From Candidatus Omnitrophota bacterium (GTDB taxonomy: Bacteria; Omnitrophota; Omnitrophia; Omnitrophales; Aquincolibacteriaceae): a stretch of DNA of 64,000 nucleotides. This document shows positions 20,442 through 30,549 of this stretch, one piece after another. The translations under genes were made by a program, and so were the position numbers. The notes below the pieces were generated by a model that did no database searches, was not told where the DNA came from, and was given only the letters and a program-made list of their open reading frames with translations. Location: positions 20,257 to 84,256 of the forward strand of contig JAKJDL010000003.1 of NCBI GenBank assembly GCA_022705945.1, written 5' to 3'. How positions within the stretch are numbered: the stretch's first letter is position 1; every line of letters begins with the position of its first letter.

Positions 20442-21140
20442 ATGCTCAAGTCTTTTCGCCGGCACACCAAAATCATTATCTGGGTTGTGGTCGTTTCATT
20501 CGTGATCTGGGGTGGTTATTCCGTCACCACCCTGAAGAAAGAGGGCCGCTATGCCGGAGAAGTACTCGGGAAGCCCGTTACTTTCCAGGAATATAATAAA
20601 TTCTATAACGCGACACAGCTTTTCATGCCGTCAAAAGACAGGGCCGAGTTTGAAAATCCCGAAACCCTCCGCATGTTCACCTGGCAGAACATCATCTATG
20701 CCAGAGAAGCAAAAAACCTCGGGATTGACGTTACGGACGAAGAGGTTCGCGGGCAAGTCACAACGATACTGACCCAGCAAGGGCTCTCGAATCCGACGCA
20801 GGAACAATACAGGATCTGGCTCACCCGGACACTGCGGATTTCTCCCCGCGAATTTGAAGAAGGTCTCCGGGAATTCATGCGGATTCAAAAACTGATCCGG
20901 TCAAAACTCCGGGAGTTTTCCGCTTCCGACACGGAACAGGATTCCGAAGACCCGGCAAAAGCCTCCGAAGAAGCCGAACAAAAAAAGCAGGCGAAGTTCA
21001 TGCTATGGACTAATGAGCTTAACCAAAAATCCCGTCTTGTTGACTATCTTGCTTTACCCGAGGCGGAGGCCCCTCCGGTCTCCGGAAACAGCGATCCCCA
21101 ACCGGCCGATGCACCTTCGTCGGCTGCAGAGAAAGGGTAA
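20442..21140 (+). CDS. SurA N-terminal domain-containing protein (PpiD/SurA-like periplasmic chaperone N-domain)
   Basis: MLKSFRRHTKIIIWVVVVSFVIWGG membrane anchor followed by a SurA_N-like region; the C-terminus is an acidic, Pro-rich tail. Start set at the internal Met 20442 (track ORF starts 20412). Confidence 0.6.
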   Translation: MLKSFRRHTKIIIWVVVVSFVIWGGYSVTTLKKEGRYAGEVLGKPVTFQEYNKFYNATQLFMPSKDRAEFENPETLRMFTWQNIIYAREAKNLGIDVTDEEVRGQVTTILTQQGLSNPTQEQYRIWLTRTLRISPREFEEGLREFMRIQKLIRSKLREFSASDTEQDSEDPAKASEEAEQKKQAKFMLWTNELNQKSRLVDYLALPEAEAPPVSGNSDPQPADAPSSAAEKG

Positions 21141-21152
21141 GCCGCATTCTCA

Positions 21153-22214
21153 ATGGCAAATTCTCATAAAAACTTCACCGAAAAAACAGCCGGGGAAATC
21201 GCCGGGATCGTTGGCGGAGAGATCGTCGGCGATGCTTCTCTTATCATAAAAGGCATCACCAACATTGAAAATCCTCTCCCGGGGCATATTACGTTCGCGC
21301 AGGACGAAAAGGGTTTTAAGGAACTCGAATCTTCCGACATAGCCTGTCTAATCGTCCCGAAACAGATCTCGCAGTCTTCAAAAGTTTTGATTCAGGTCCC
21401 TCATCCGAAACAGGCGTGGGCAAAACTCCTCCGGGAAATTTTTCCCGCGCGAAAATTCGTTCCGGGGATTTCCGAACGGGCCGTGGTTGCATCTTCGGCA
21501 AAGATCGGAGCGAATGTCACAATCGAGGCCTTTGTGTCCGTCGGCGAAAATTCCGAGATCGGTGACGGAAGCGTCATCCGTTCGGGAAGCGTTATTGATG
21601 AAAATGTCAGGATCGGCGCGAATTGCGTCATTCATCCGAACGTCACGATTTACCGGGGATCCGAACTCGGCGCCCAAGTGATCATTCATGCGGGAAGCGT
21701 GATCGGAGCGGATGGGTTCGGATATGTCGCGACCCCTGCGGGGCAGGAAAAGCTTCCCCAGATCGGCAGCGTCGTGATCGAGGACGATGTGGAGATCGGA
21801 GCCTGCTGCACGGTCGACCGCGCGGCGCTCGGGTCCACGCGGATCTGCAAAGGCGTCAAGATCGATAATCTTGTCCAGATCGCCCATAATGTCACGGTCG
21901 GTCCTCACACGGTTATTTCCGCCCAGACCGGGATCTCCGGAAGCTGCAAGATCGGAGCTCACGTCACGATGGGAGGAAGCGTAGGGGTCGGCGATCACGT
22001 AGAGATCGGTGATTGGGCGATGATCGGTGCGGGAGCAGGCTTCCCTTCCAATAAAAAAGTCCCGGGCAAACAAATTTATTTCGGTCAACCTGCCAGGCCG
22101 TATGCCGAAATGAGGAAACAGTTCGGTGCCCAGCTCCGCGCCGCAGAAACCCTGGATGATGTCCGCGCCCTTAAGAAAAAAGTCGCGGAACTGGAAAAGA
22201 AGCTCTCTTCCTAA
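21153..22214 (+). CDS. lpxD: UDP-3-O-acylglucosamine N-acyltransferase LpxD
   Basis: Left-handed beta-helix hexapeptide repeats ([49 protein letters not shown]...) plus an N-terminal LpxD domain and a C-terminal helical extension. Confidence 0.9.
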   Translation: MANSHKNFTEKTAGEIAGIVGGEIVGDASLIIKGITNIENPLPGHITFAQDEKGFKELESSDIACLIVPKQISQSSKVLIQVPHPKQAWAKLLREIFPARKFVPGISERAVVASSAKIGANVTIEAFVSVGENSEIGDGSVIRSGSVIDENVRIGANCVIHPNVTIYRGSELGAQVIIHAGSVIGADGFGYVATPAGQEKLPQIGSVVIEDDVEIGACCTVDRAALGSTRICKGVKIDNLVQIAHNVTVGPHTVISAQTGISGSCKIGAHVTMGGSVGVGDHVEIGDWAMIGAGAGFPSNKKVPGKQIYFGQPARPYAEMRKQFGAQLRAAETLDDVRALKKKVAELEKKLSS

Positions 22215-22302
22215 GCCGCACGATTCACACCGCCGACCGCAGGCGGCATGATCAGCCCCGCGCCGTAGCCGCACGACTTGTGTCTTTGTAGCGAGCCCGT
22301 CT

Positions 22303-22923
22303 TTACTCTTCCCTTTTCAGCCGGATCAAACTCAGGAATTCAGTGCGGGAACGGGCATCCCTGCGAAAGGCGCCGAGCATGGAGCTCGTGATCGTGTAGG
22401 TATCGGACTTTTTAACACCGCGCATGCACATGCAAAGATGCAGGGCTTCGATCACAACCGCGACCCCTTTCGGTTTCAGGGCGCTCATGAGGGATTCCGC
22501 AATCTGCGTCGTGAGGCGCTCCTGGACCTGAAGCCTTCTTGAAAAGACCTCGACAAGCCGCGGGATCTTGGAGAGCCCGATGATCTTTCCGTTCGGGATA
22601 TAGGCGATATGGGCCTTGCCGTAAAAGGGAAGAAGGTGATGCTCGCAGAGGGAGAAGATTTCGATATCCTTCACGATCACCATTTCATCATAAGGCTCTT
22701 TAAAAACCGCGTGCGCGAGTATTTCCCTGGGGTCGGTCTTGTATCCTTCGGTCAAGTACCGGAGCGATCTGGAAACGCGGAGGGGTGTTCGCTGCAATCC
22801 TTCACGCGTCGGGTCCTCCCCAAGCATGATAAGCATCTGTCCGACTAATTTCTGGAACTTGTCTTCTTCCGATTTTTTCGTGCCCACATTTTTCATCGTC
22901 ATCCATTCTCCCACCCGTTTCAA
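22303..22923 (-). CDS. folE: GTP cyclohydrolase I FolE
   Basis: [46 protein letters not shown] signature. Confidence 0.9.
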   Translation of the reverse strand: MKRVGEWMTMKNVGTKKSEEDKFQKLVGQMLIMLGEDPTREGLQRTPLRVSRSLRYLTEGYKTDPREILAHAVFKEPYDEMVIVKDIEIFSLCEHHLLPFYGKAHIAYIPNGKIIGLSKIPRLVEVFSRRLQVQERLTTQIAESLMSALKPKGVAVVIEALHLCMCMRGVKKSDTYTITSSMLGAFRRDARSRTEFLSLIRLKREE

Positions 22924-22932
22924 GACCGGGTC

Positions 22933-23982
22933 TTAGGACCGGGTCTTGGAAGGGTTATCGTTTTTATAAAAAGCCTGACGGATCGCCTCGGCGATCTTTA
23001 TAAAGCGTTCACTTGTTCCGCTCCCGGCTGTCGCGGCGACAATCGGCACTCCGGCATCCCCGCATTCTCTGATCTCCGCATCAAGCGGAATATCCCCCAG
23101 GAACGGCACCTGAAAGTCCTTCGCCACCCGTTCCCCGCCGCCTCTCCCGAACACGGGACCCGTCATATTCTCCACGACCCCGAGTACCGGGATCTCAAGC
23201 TGACGGAACATGTTGATCGCGCGCCGCACATCCGCCAACGCCACCTCCTGGGGAGTCGTGACAATCACGGCGCCCGAAACCCTGACCCACTGCGCGAGAG
23301 ACAACTGAACATCTCCGGTTCCCGGAGGCAGATCAACGACCAGAAAATCCAGCTCCCCCCACTCCACCCGGTGAAGAAACTCCTGAACCGTCTTGTGGAG
23401 CAGCGGCCCGCGCCAAATCATCGGCTGTTCGGGGTTCGCGAAAAAACCGATCGAAACGGCCCTGATCCCGTGCGCTTCGATGGGAAGAATCTTCCCCGAT
23501 CCGCCCGGTTCGGTCCGTCTGTCGCTGGGAATCCCGAGCATGATCGGAATATTGGGGCCATAGATATCACCGTCCATAAGACCGGTCCGGGCTCCCAGCT
23601 TTTTCAGGGCGAGTGCGAGATTGACGGCGGCCGTGGATTTCCCAACCCCCCCCTTGCCGCTCGAAACGGCGATCACATGCTTCACTCCCGAAAGAGGCTC
23701 CGCCTCCTGGCCGCCCATCCCGCATTTCGGTTTGCCGGAAAAATGGATTTCGACATGACTGGCCCCGGCTTCCCCCAAAACACTCTTTATTTTTTCGGTT
23801 AATTCGTTCCGGACCCCGGGATCGGATGAGGCATTTTCCATGTGCAGAAAGACACGGGCCTTATCAACCTCGATCTCATGGACAAGCCCCAAAGAAATAA
23901 TATTTTCATTCAAAACGGGTTCGTTAACGCGCTTGAGACATTCCATCACTTTTTCGCGTGTCAGATGGCTGAAAGTGGACAT
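22933..23982 (-). CDS. apbC: Mrp/ApbC/NBP35-family Fe-S cluster carrier ATPase with an N-terminal MIP18/DUF59 domain
   Basis: VIAVSSGKGGVGKST deviant Walker A and CGMGG...DxxC-like motifs. Confidence 0.9.
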   Translation of the reverse strand: MSTFSHLTREKVMECLKRVNEPVLNENIISLGLVHEIEVDKARVFLHMENASSDPGVRNELTEKIKSVLGEAGASHVEIHFSGKPKCGMGGQEAEPLSGVKHVIAVSSGKGGVGKSTAAVNLALALKKLGARTGLMDGDIYGPNIPIMLGIPSDRRTEPGGSGKILPIEAHGIRAVSIGFFANPEQPMIWRGPLLHKTVQEFLHRVEWGELDFLVVDLPPGTGDVQLSLAQWVRVSGAVIVTTPQEVALADVRRAINMFRQLEIPVLGVVENMTGPVFGRGGGERVAKDFQVPFLGDIPLDAEIRECGDAGVPIVAATAGSGTSERFIKIAEAIRQAFYKNDNPSKTRS

Positions 23983-23994
23983 TGAAGATATTCC

Positions 23995-24870
23995 CTAGCG
24001 GACAACACCGGAAGCGTCGCTGTCCGGTTTGAGAGTTTTATAAAGAAAAACCGTGAGACAAACCAGAAGCAGCCAGCCGAGAAGACCGTCATAAACGACC
24101 TTGGATCCCCACAAAAAAGTCCTCTCTCCCTGAAACTTCACGAAAAGATCGTCCAGACGGATGAAAAACACACAGCCCGCGTGCAGTCCGATCGCAGGGT
24201 AAAGAGAACCCGTTTTGAAGACAGCCGCGTTAAGCGCCAGTCCGAAAAAAAATAATCCGACCGCTTCCGGCCAGAACCTGGGCCAATCCAAAAACGAAAG
24301 AAACGGCGCACCGATCAGCTTGAGCCCGTCTAAAAATCCCGGGTCGGGACCGATTAGAAGTTTTTTCATCCCGATGAAATGGATCACGGAATAGAAAACG
24401 CTGGTAATCAGAATCGCAATCAATACTCGTCCTTTGAGGATGCGCTCGAGCTCCCTGAAAATAAAACCCCTGAAAAAAAATTCCTCGATCACGCCGATCA
24501 ACAGGCCCGTGAAAAGAGCCAGAGAAATCTTGCCTATCCACTCGGAGACCGCAAATTCCGGAATGACAAAATACGCGTTCCCGGAAAGAATATTTATCGC
24601 ACTCGTCAGGCTCAAAGTCAGTATTCCCGCAAAAAAACCGAACGTGAGAAATCCCGGGCTCGTGTCCCGCCAAATGAGGCCCAAACGGATGAGGGTCTCT
24701 TTTTTGATCCTGACGAAGATCACAATGGCAAGAAGCGTCCCGATCATCACAAGACGGTTAAAAATCTTCTCGAATTTGAAGGGAAGAAAATCATAAAGGA
24801 TCGGCGCAAGGAACGCGCTCAGGAGAAGCACGCTCCCGAAAATCACCAGAAATCTCAGAAAACCTTTCAC
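23995..24870 (-). CDS. CPBP-family intramembrane metalloprotease (CAAX protease / Abi)
   Basis: Multi-TM protein with EEFFFRGFIF and FYSVIHF motifs. Confidence 0.8.
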   Translation of the reverse strand: MKGFLRFLVIFGSVLLLSAFLAPILYDFLPFKFEKIFNRLVMIGTLLAIVIFVRIKKETLIRLGLIWRDTSPGFLTFGFFAGILTLSLTSAINILSGNAYFVIPEFAVSEWIGKISLALFTGLLIGVIEEFFFRGFIFRELERILKGRVLIAILITSVFYSVIHFIGMKKLLIGPDPGFLDGLKLIGAPFLSFLDWPRFWPEAVGLFFFGLALNAAVFKTGSLYPAIGLHAGCVFFIRLDDLFVKFQGERTFLWGSKVVYDGLLGWLLLVCLTVFLYKTLKPDSDASGVVR

Positions 24871-24927
24871 TCGTCAAATCTCCTTTTTCAGCCCGGGCAT
24901 TAGCCGGGGCGTTGACACAAGACTCTT

Positions 24928-25383
24928 TTATTCCAGTTCGAGAATCAGCTCAATCTCGACTGCTGCATTAAACGGCAGGCTCGCCATCCCGACCGCGGAG
25001 CGGGCATGCACGCCCGCTTCCCCAAATACCTCGCACAGGATTTCCGAGGCCCTGTTCAAGACAGAAGGGATCTCATAAAAATCCGGAGATGTCTGAACAA
25101 ATCCGGTGACCTTTAAAACCCGGGCGATCTTTTTGACCCCGATCAGATGATGCATGACGCTGAGTGCGTTCAGAACGGCCAGTTCGGCGGCCTTTCTCCC
25201 CTCCTCGGCCGTGAGGTCCTTCCCGACCTTCCCCGCAAGCACTTTCCCGCCCTGATCTTTCGAAAGCTGTCCGCTCAAAAAAACCAGCTTCCCCGACACC
25301 GTAAAAGGCTGATAGACCCCGACAGGTTTCGAAGCGGGCGGCAATTTTAATCCAAGCTCTTTCAATTTCGATTCGATATTCAT
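24928..25383 (-). CDS. ridA: RidA-family reactive intermediate deaminase (YjgF/TdcF)
   Basis: 151 aa; ...YEIPSVLNRASEILCEVFGEAGVHARSAVGMASLPFNAAVEIELI. Confidence 0.85.
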   Translation of the reverse strand: MNIESKLKELGLKLPPASKPVGVYQPFTVSGKLVFLSGQLSKDQGGKVLAGKVGKDLTAEEGRKAAELAVLNALSVMHHLIGVKKIARVLKVTGFVQTSPDFYEIPSVLNRASEILCEVFGEAGVHARSAVGMASLPFNAAVEIELILELE

Positions 25384-25471
25384 CGGATTTCCTGGTTTAA
25401 TCCGCTCCTATAAATCCGTCGGAACGAAAGCTCACGGGAACAAACGGCCGGATGCAATTCCAAAACCAAAA

Positions 25472-26182
25472 TCACTTCGCCGCTATAATAAGCGTTGCGG
25501 CGCCAAAAGCAAAGCGTTTCAATTGAAAGTTACGGAATCCGGCGGTTTCCATCGCCTTGACAGTATGATCAGAGGTCTGGAAATAACATACCGAATCCGC
25601 GAGAAAACGGTAAGCTTTCCGATCACCCGAAATGATCCATCCAAGCGCAGGAAGGATCCGGCGGAGATAGGGATAGAAAAACAGGGCCGCAACCCCCTTC
25701 CCGGGCCGTGTAAGGTCCAGGAATGCCACTCTCCCGCCGTCTGCAAGAACCCGATGGACCTCTTTCAGGAAAATGTCGAGATTTCCAGCGCTTCGGAGCG
25801 TGAATGCCGAGATCACGAGGTCAAAACTGCTCTCGAGGAAAGGCATCCTGTCAAAATCCTGTTCGAGCCAAACCGCATTCCCGGCAACCGTTTCTCTTGC
25901 CTTTTTGAGCATCTCGGAAGAAAAATCAAGCCCTACCGCCTGCTTCCAGGCCCTTCGCTTCATGAAACATTCGAGGAACTTCCCCGTGCCGCAACCGAGA
26001 TCCAGGATTGTTTTGGGAAAAAAATCGGCCTCGCCGAGAACCATGTCCGCGGACCGTTCACGCCAGGCTTCCGACATTCCGAAACTGAGAATTTGATTAA
26101 GAAGATCATAGCGCTGGCTGATCGAATCAAACGTGTTCCGGATAAAGGTTTTGTCCGGAGCAGAATAGCACGGCCCTTTCAT
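25472..26182 (-). CDS. ubiE: Demethylmenaquinone/ubiquinone C-methyltransferase UbiE/MenG family
   Basis: YDLLNQILSFGMSEAWRE and the SAM motif ILDLGCGTGKF. Confidence 0.8.
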   Translation of the reverse strand: MKGPCYSAPDKTFIRNTFDSISQRYDLLNQILSFGMSEAWRERSADMVLGEADFFPKTILDLGCGTGKFLECFMKRRAWKQAVGLDFSSEMLKKARETVAGNAVWLEQDFDRMPFLESSFDLVISAFTLRSAGNLDIFLKEVHRVLADGGRVAFLDLTRPGKGVAALFFYPYLRRILPALGWIISGDRKAYRFLADSVCYFQTSDHTVKAMETAGFRNFQLKRFAFGAATLIIAAK

Positions 26183-26676
26183 CGGAGATCTTTCTCCATT
26201 CTGTAATCATCCATCACAAAACCCTCCCCGATCTCACGGATTAAGGGCTCCAGGATTTCGAAACCCATTTTCCGGTAAGCCCGGATCGCATTGGTATTGT
26301 TTTTGTTAACGGTCAGCGTTATCCTCCGGAGCCCGCGATCCCTTGCGATCTTTTCCGAAAAATCCATGATCGTTTTCCCGAATTTCCTTCTCCGGGCCTC
26401 CGGCTTAAGGTAGATCTTGCTTAGGAGAAGTTCGCCGTCCTTCCCGGGGAGAACCGCAAAATACCCGGCAGGCTTGTCATTCGAGCGGAGAAGGAAATAA
26501 AGATAGCCTTCGCGAATCTGTTCCCTGACGGCCGGACGCGACTGGAACTTTCGGAGCATGTAATCCACCTGCGGCCGGCCGATGAGCGGAATATAAACCT
26601 CGGGCCATATCGCTTCGGCCAGATCAATGACCTCGGATATCAAAAACTCGTTCGTGACCGGCTCGATAACCATCAT
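26179..26676 (-). CDS. GNAT-family N-acetyltransferase
   Basis: GYFAVLPGKDGELLLSKIYLKPEARRRKFGKTIMDFSEKIARDRGLRRITLTVNKNNTNAIRAYRKMGFE (acetyl-CoA-binding Q/RxxGxG/A-like region). Start set to the internal MMVIEP; the track ORF (to 26868) adds a non-homologous Arg/Ser-rich extension. The stop overlaps the ubiE start by ATGA. Confidence 0.7.
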   Translation of the reverse strand: MMVIEPVTNEFLISEVIDLAEAIWPEVYIPLIGRPQVDYMLRKFQSRPAVREQIREGYLYFLLRSNDKPAGYFAVLPGKDGELLLSKIYLKPEARRRKFGKTIMDFSEKIARDRGLRRITLTVNKNNTNAIRAYRKMGFEILEPLIREIGEGFVMDDYRMEKDLR

Positions 26677-26893
26677 GCAAGAATCCTCAAAAAAGGTGTT
26701 TGTCGGCGACAAAAACAAAACATATCGGCAAAACGGATATAAGCCGGCCTCCGTTTGTCCTCGCAGCTTTCCGGACAAACGCACCGACCGATTCTTTGTA
26801 ATGACGGATCGCGTCGATCTGGAGGAGAACGTTATCCCCCGTATAAAGCGGGGTAACGATCTTATCAAGACCTTTCAGACCCGTGCCGATCAT

Positions 26894-26921
26894 AAAAACT
26901 CCTCATAAACTTTTTATGAGG
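26894..26921 (-). terminator. Putative rho-independent terminator after the mqn radical-SAM gene
   Basis: CCTCATAAA-CTT-TTTATGAGG 9-bp stem; on the minus strand it is followed by a UUUUU run, about 25 nt downstream of the stop at 26946. Confidence 0.45.
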
Positions 26922-26945
26922 AAAAGAAAAAGGCCGGATTATAAA

Positions 26946-28109
26946 TCAATCAAAGACTTTCACAATACCGTAATTCGTATCCCGCTGGACAGGCATAAAA
27001 CCGGCTTGCCGTATCAAGCGAACAAGGTCATCCTTCCGGGTATTAACTTTGATCCCGGCCGGTTCAAGCACCTTGTCCTCAACAAGGGTCCCCCCCATGT
27101 CGTCGCAGCCGAACGCAAGCGCCGCCTGCCCGAGACGCATCCCCTCGGTCAACCAGCCGCTTTGGATATGATCGAAATTGTCCAGCATAAGCCGTGAGAT
27201 CGCCACCGTTCTGAGATAATCATCCCCGCCCGCCGGAACGACCGGCGGCTCCGGTAACTGATTCTTATCCCGTCCGCCGGACATCCGCGAAACCGGCATG
27301 TAGCTCCAGGGGATGAAAGAGCGAAAGCCGCGGGTTTCATCCTGAAGTTCGCGGAGCTTCATCAGATGCGTGAGCCTCTCTTCCCTGGTTTCGATATGTC
27401 CAAAAACCATGGTCGCCGTCGTCTTTAAACCCGCCTCATGAGCCGCACGCATAACCTCAAGCCAGCGACCGGACGATATCTTCTTCGGGCTGGTCCGCTC
27501 ACGGACCCGATCCACAAGGATCTCGGCTCCTCCGCCCGGCATGGAATTAAGACCCGCTTCCCTGAATATCCTGAAAAGCTCTGGCAAAGCCATGCCTGCT
27601 CTTTTCGACAAAACGTCCATTTCGATCGGCGAAAAAGAATGGATATGGATTGCCGGATATTTTTCATGGATCGCGCGGACTACCCCAAGATAGTAGTCCA
27701 GTCCAAGATCCGGATGAATGCCTCCCTGGACCATCACCTGCGTGCCGCCAAGCTCGACAAGTTCTCCGACCCTCCGCAGGATCTCGTCGTTTGAAAGAAC
27801 ATAAGCATTCGCCGATCCGGGATCGCAGTGAAAAGCGCAAAAATCGCACCCGACCGTGCAAACATTCGTGGAGCTGATATTCCGGTCAACAATAAAGGTG
27901 ACGGCATCCGGAAGAAGGCGCTTCGTCAGCTTTTGCGCGGCCGCACCAAGATCGAGAAGATCACACGAATAAAGACCGAGTCCTTCATCGAGACTGAGTC
28001 TTTTTCCGGTCAGCCGTTTTTCGATGATTTCTTCGCAGGTGCCGCCGGAAGCGGGGTTCATAAACCGCTTTCCCATTTTGCAATACCCAAGCAGGCAGAA
28101 AAAAGCCAT
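26946..28109 (-). CDS. Radical-SAM menaquinone (futalosine pathway) enzyme, MqnC/MqnE family
   Basis: CTVGCDFCAF (CxxxCxxC), then GGTQVMVQGGIHPD and a C-terminal region typical of the MqnC/MqnE/CofH-like subfamily. Adjacent to mqnA. MqnC and MqnE cannot be told apart by eye. Confidence 0.75.
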   Translation of the reverse strand: MAFFCLLGYCKMGKRFMNPASGGTCEEIIEKRLTGKRLSLDEGLGLYSCDLLDLGAAAQKLTKRLLPDAVTFIVDRNISSTNVCTVGCDFCAFHCDPGSANAYVLSNDEILRRVGELVELGGTQVMVQGGIHPDLGLDYYLGVVRAIHEKYPAIHIHSFSPIEMDVLSKRAGMALPELFRIFREAGLNSMPGGGAEILVDRVRERTSPKKISSGRWLEVMRAAHEAGLKTTATMVFGHIETREERLTHLMKLRELQDETRGFRSFIPWSYMPVSRMSGGRDKNQLPEPPVVPAGGDDYLRTVAISRLMLDNFDHIQSGWLTEGMRLGQAALAFGCDDMGGTLVEDKVLEPAGIKVNTRKDDLVRLIRQAGFMPVQRDTNYGIVKVFD

Positions 28110-28189
28110 TGCGAATCCGATTCTCTATTTCCGCCTCCGGCTGTATGCTCAAATTCACAATTGTCCATACTCTGCCGCCCAAATGTTTC

Positions 28190-29032
28190 TCATAAAAAGA
28201 ATTCGAGACTTTGAGGTTCGGGAGCAAGTTTTTCTTCGTGTGCCAATCTGAAAAATTTGCCGAGTCCTCCGATCATCTCGTCATCAAGTCCATAGCGCAT
28301 ATTGGCCAGGTAGCCGGTCATTTGCACAAATCTTTGTTCCGTCGGCAAAATGCCGGATGCTTTCCTGAGAAGCGTTTCCGGGTCCGCAAGATTCCTCTCG
28401 AGATTGCACTTCAGCATCCTTTCAATCTCCCGGATCTCTTCGGGCCGTTCCCGTGCGCTTTCACGCCTGATCGTCCACAGTGCGAAAACAAAAGGTGTCC
28501 CGGTCCACTCCCTCCACATTGCGCCCAGATCGTATTTGTAAACCCAGTCCTCCGACTCAAAAAAAAGAGCGGCGTCCCCGATCATGAGCGCCGCCTTATG
28601 CCCGTCGAGGATCCTGGCAGGGTCCTGAGCAACCGTTTCAAATTGATTCGTGAAACCAAACCGGAGCTTGAGAAGGATCTTAAGAAGCGTTGCCGAACTG
28701 AGGCTTTCTTCCGAAAGCGCGATTGTGGAATGGTTCAACTCGTTCACCGGAACTTTTGAAAAAAGAGTAACGCTTCGCACAAAGTCTTCGGCGCCGATAG
28801 CAAGATCCGGAAAAATCAGGTAGTCCTTCTGACGCATCAGGTATTCGATCGAAGAAACGGGCGCCAGGTCGATCTCGCCCGCCGCGAGCGACCGGCACAG
28901 ATCCGCCGGATGGGACTCGAGAAACTTCGCCGCCAATCCTTTCTCCCTGACCATCGTTTCGAGCCCAAAATAAAAAGGCAGACAGTTCAGATACCGGATC
29001 ATGCCGACCCGCAGAGCAGCAGACTTCATCAA
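28190..29032 (-). CDS. mqnA: Menaquinone biosynthesis protein MqnA (chorismate dehydratase) / MqnD-like periplasmic-binding-fold family
   Basis: N-terminal RVGMIRYLNCLPFYFGL motif characteristic of MqnA/MqnD-fold proteins. Confidence 0.7.
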   Translation of the reverse strand: MMKSAALRVGMIRYLNCLPFYFGLETMVREKGLAAKFLESHPADLCRSLAAGEIDLAPVSSIEYLMRQKDYLIFPDLAIGAEDFVRSVTLFSKVPVNELNHSTIALSEESLSSATLLKILLKLRFGFTNQFETVAQDPARILDGHKAALMIGDAALFFESEDWVYKYDLGAMWREWTGTPFVFALWTIRRESARERPEEIREIERMLKCNLERNLADPETLLRKASGILPTEQRFVQMTGYLANMRYGLDDEMIGGLGKFFRLAHEEKLAPEPQSLEFFL

Positions 29033-29117
29033 TCAGCTCCGATAACACACGCCATATGCCGCGAGAACACATGAATAAAAAACATGGTTGCAAAACACCG
29101 GAGAGCGGCCTTCACCA

Positions 29118-29786
29118 TCACTGTGGCTTCGGGGCTTGAAGGCTGCCGACCCAGCGGGGATACAACATATGCGGTATCTCGAGCTGATCAAGGACCTTCC
29201 CGACTACAAAATCGACCAGGTCCCCGACAGTCTTCTGTTGTCCATAAAATGCCGGCATCGGCGGAACAATCTTCACTCCCAGACGGGCAAGCTTGAGCAT
29301 GTTTTCGAGATGAATCGCGGAAAGCGGCGTTTCACGCGGGACGAGCACCAGCTTTCGGCCTTCCTTGATCGTGCTGTCCGCCGCGCGGTGGATAAGGTTC
29401 TGGGAAAGGCCCGACGCGACGGCACCGAGCGTTCCCATACTGCAAGGGATGATGACCATGCCGGCCGTCGGATAGGAACCGCTCGCGATGGGCGCGGTAA
29501 AATCGAGAAAATCGTGCGTGCGGAGGCAGTCACCACCGGCAATCTCGCCGGCGCTGCCCAATTCCTCGAGCATCAGGATCTTTGCCGCATCCGAGATCAC
29601 GATCTCGACCGGAATCTTGTTTTCTTCAAAAAACCGAAGCAGCCGGATGCCATAAACCGCTCCGCTTGCGCCGGTCATCGCAACAATGTATGGTTTCGTG
29701 ATAACGTCCTCCTCCCGCTCACAGGTCCGGGACGGGAATATTATAAGAGAAAGAATCAGTTCTCGCCAAAAAAGATTTCCTATCAC
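29118..29786 (-). CDS. ubiX: Flavin prenyltransferase UbiX (UbiD partner)
   Basis: IVAMTGASGAVYGIRLL...VEIVISDAA...MVIIPCSMGTLGAVASGLSQNLIHRAAD flavoprotein motifs. Confidence 0.85.
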   Translation of the reverse strand: MIGNLFWRELILSLIIFPSRTCEREEDVITKPYIVAMTGASGAVYGIRLLRFFEENKIPVEIVISDAAKILMLEELGSAGEIAGGDCLRTHDFLDFTAPIASGSYPTAGMVIIPCSMGTLGAVASGLSQNLIHRAADSTIKEGRKLVLVPRETPLSAIHLENMLKLARLGVKIVPPMPAFYGQQKTVGDLVDFVVGKVLDQLEIPHMLYPRWVGSLQAPKPQ

Positions 29787-30547
29787 TTCAGAAACGGATC
29801 AAAACAGGACGGAAGCGTTGAGGTAAAAATCATCTTCTTTTTTGTAACGGGATGACGGAATTCAAGCCTGCACGCGTGAAGCAAAAGACGCTCGGACTTC
29901 ACCACCGACCGCATATCTTCCCGCCAGCCCTCATGAATATAACGCTCAAAAATCGACGGATCGATATAGATTTTATCCCCGACAACCGGATGACCGAGGA
30001 ATGCGAGATGTACCCGGATCTGATGGGTCCGCCCCGTTCGCGGAATGATCCGGAGAAGCGAATATTCCCCCGCAACGCTCAGTACCTCGTAATCCGTGCG
30101 AGCATCCTGTCCTGCCTGATCCGGGACACGAATATTATGAACTCCCCCGCTCTTGAGACCAAGCGGAACTTCAACAGACCCTTTGGGTTTTTCGGGAATT
30201 CCGAAAACAACCGCGTTGTATTCTTTCAAAACTTCCCGTTTTTCAAACAAAACTCCGAGCCTCCCGGCTATTTCCGGCGAGCGTGAAACTATAACAAGAC
30301 CGCTTGTCTCGGAATCAAGCCGGTTCACGATCTGAAGTCCGGATCCATTGGCTCCGACGGCGTTCTGGAGAAGGCTTAAAAGATTTCTCTGTCTGAAACA
30401 CCCTACCGGATGCACCGGAAGCGGCGCGGGCTTGTCCGCTATCAAGAACGCTTCATCTTCGTAGAGGATTTTGTAACCGGTTTCGACATAAAGATCCTTT
30501 TCATCTCTTCGGGGATGATTTTTTACAAGCGGCAAAGACCGGGACAT
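29783..30547 (-). CDS. RluA-family pseudouridine synthase (no S4 domain)
   Basis: NRLDSETSGLVIVSRS (catalytic Asp) and HQIRVHLAFLGHPVVGDKIY. Confidence 0.8.
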   Translation of the reverse strand: MSRSLPLVKNHPRRDEKDLYVETGYKILYEDEAFLIADKPAPLPVHPVGCFRQRNLLSLLQNAVGANGSGLQIVNRLDSETSGLVIVSRSPEIAGRLGVLFEKREVLKEYNAVVFGIPEKPKGSVEVPLGLKSGGVHNIRVPDQAGQDARTDYEVLSVAGEYSLLRIIPRTGRTHQIRVHLAFLGHPVVGDKIYIDPSIFERYIHEGWREDMRSVVKSERLLLHACRLEFRHPVTKKKMIFTSTLPSCFDPFLK

Positions 30548-30549
30548 GG

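Noticed and set aside
22215-22302. Convergent-gene terminator between lpxD and folE
   Set aside because: Only a weak 5-bp stem (CCGCC...GGCGG) without a convincing U-run on either strand; not reported as a feature.
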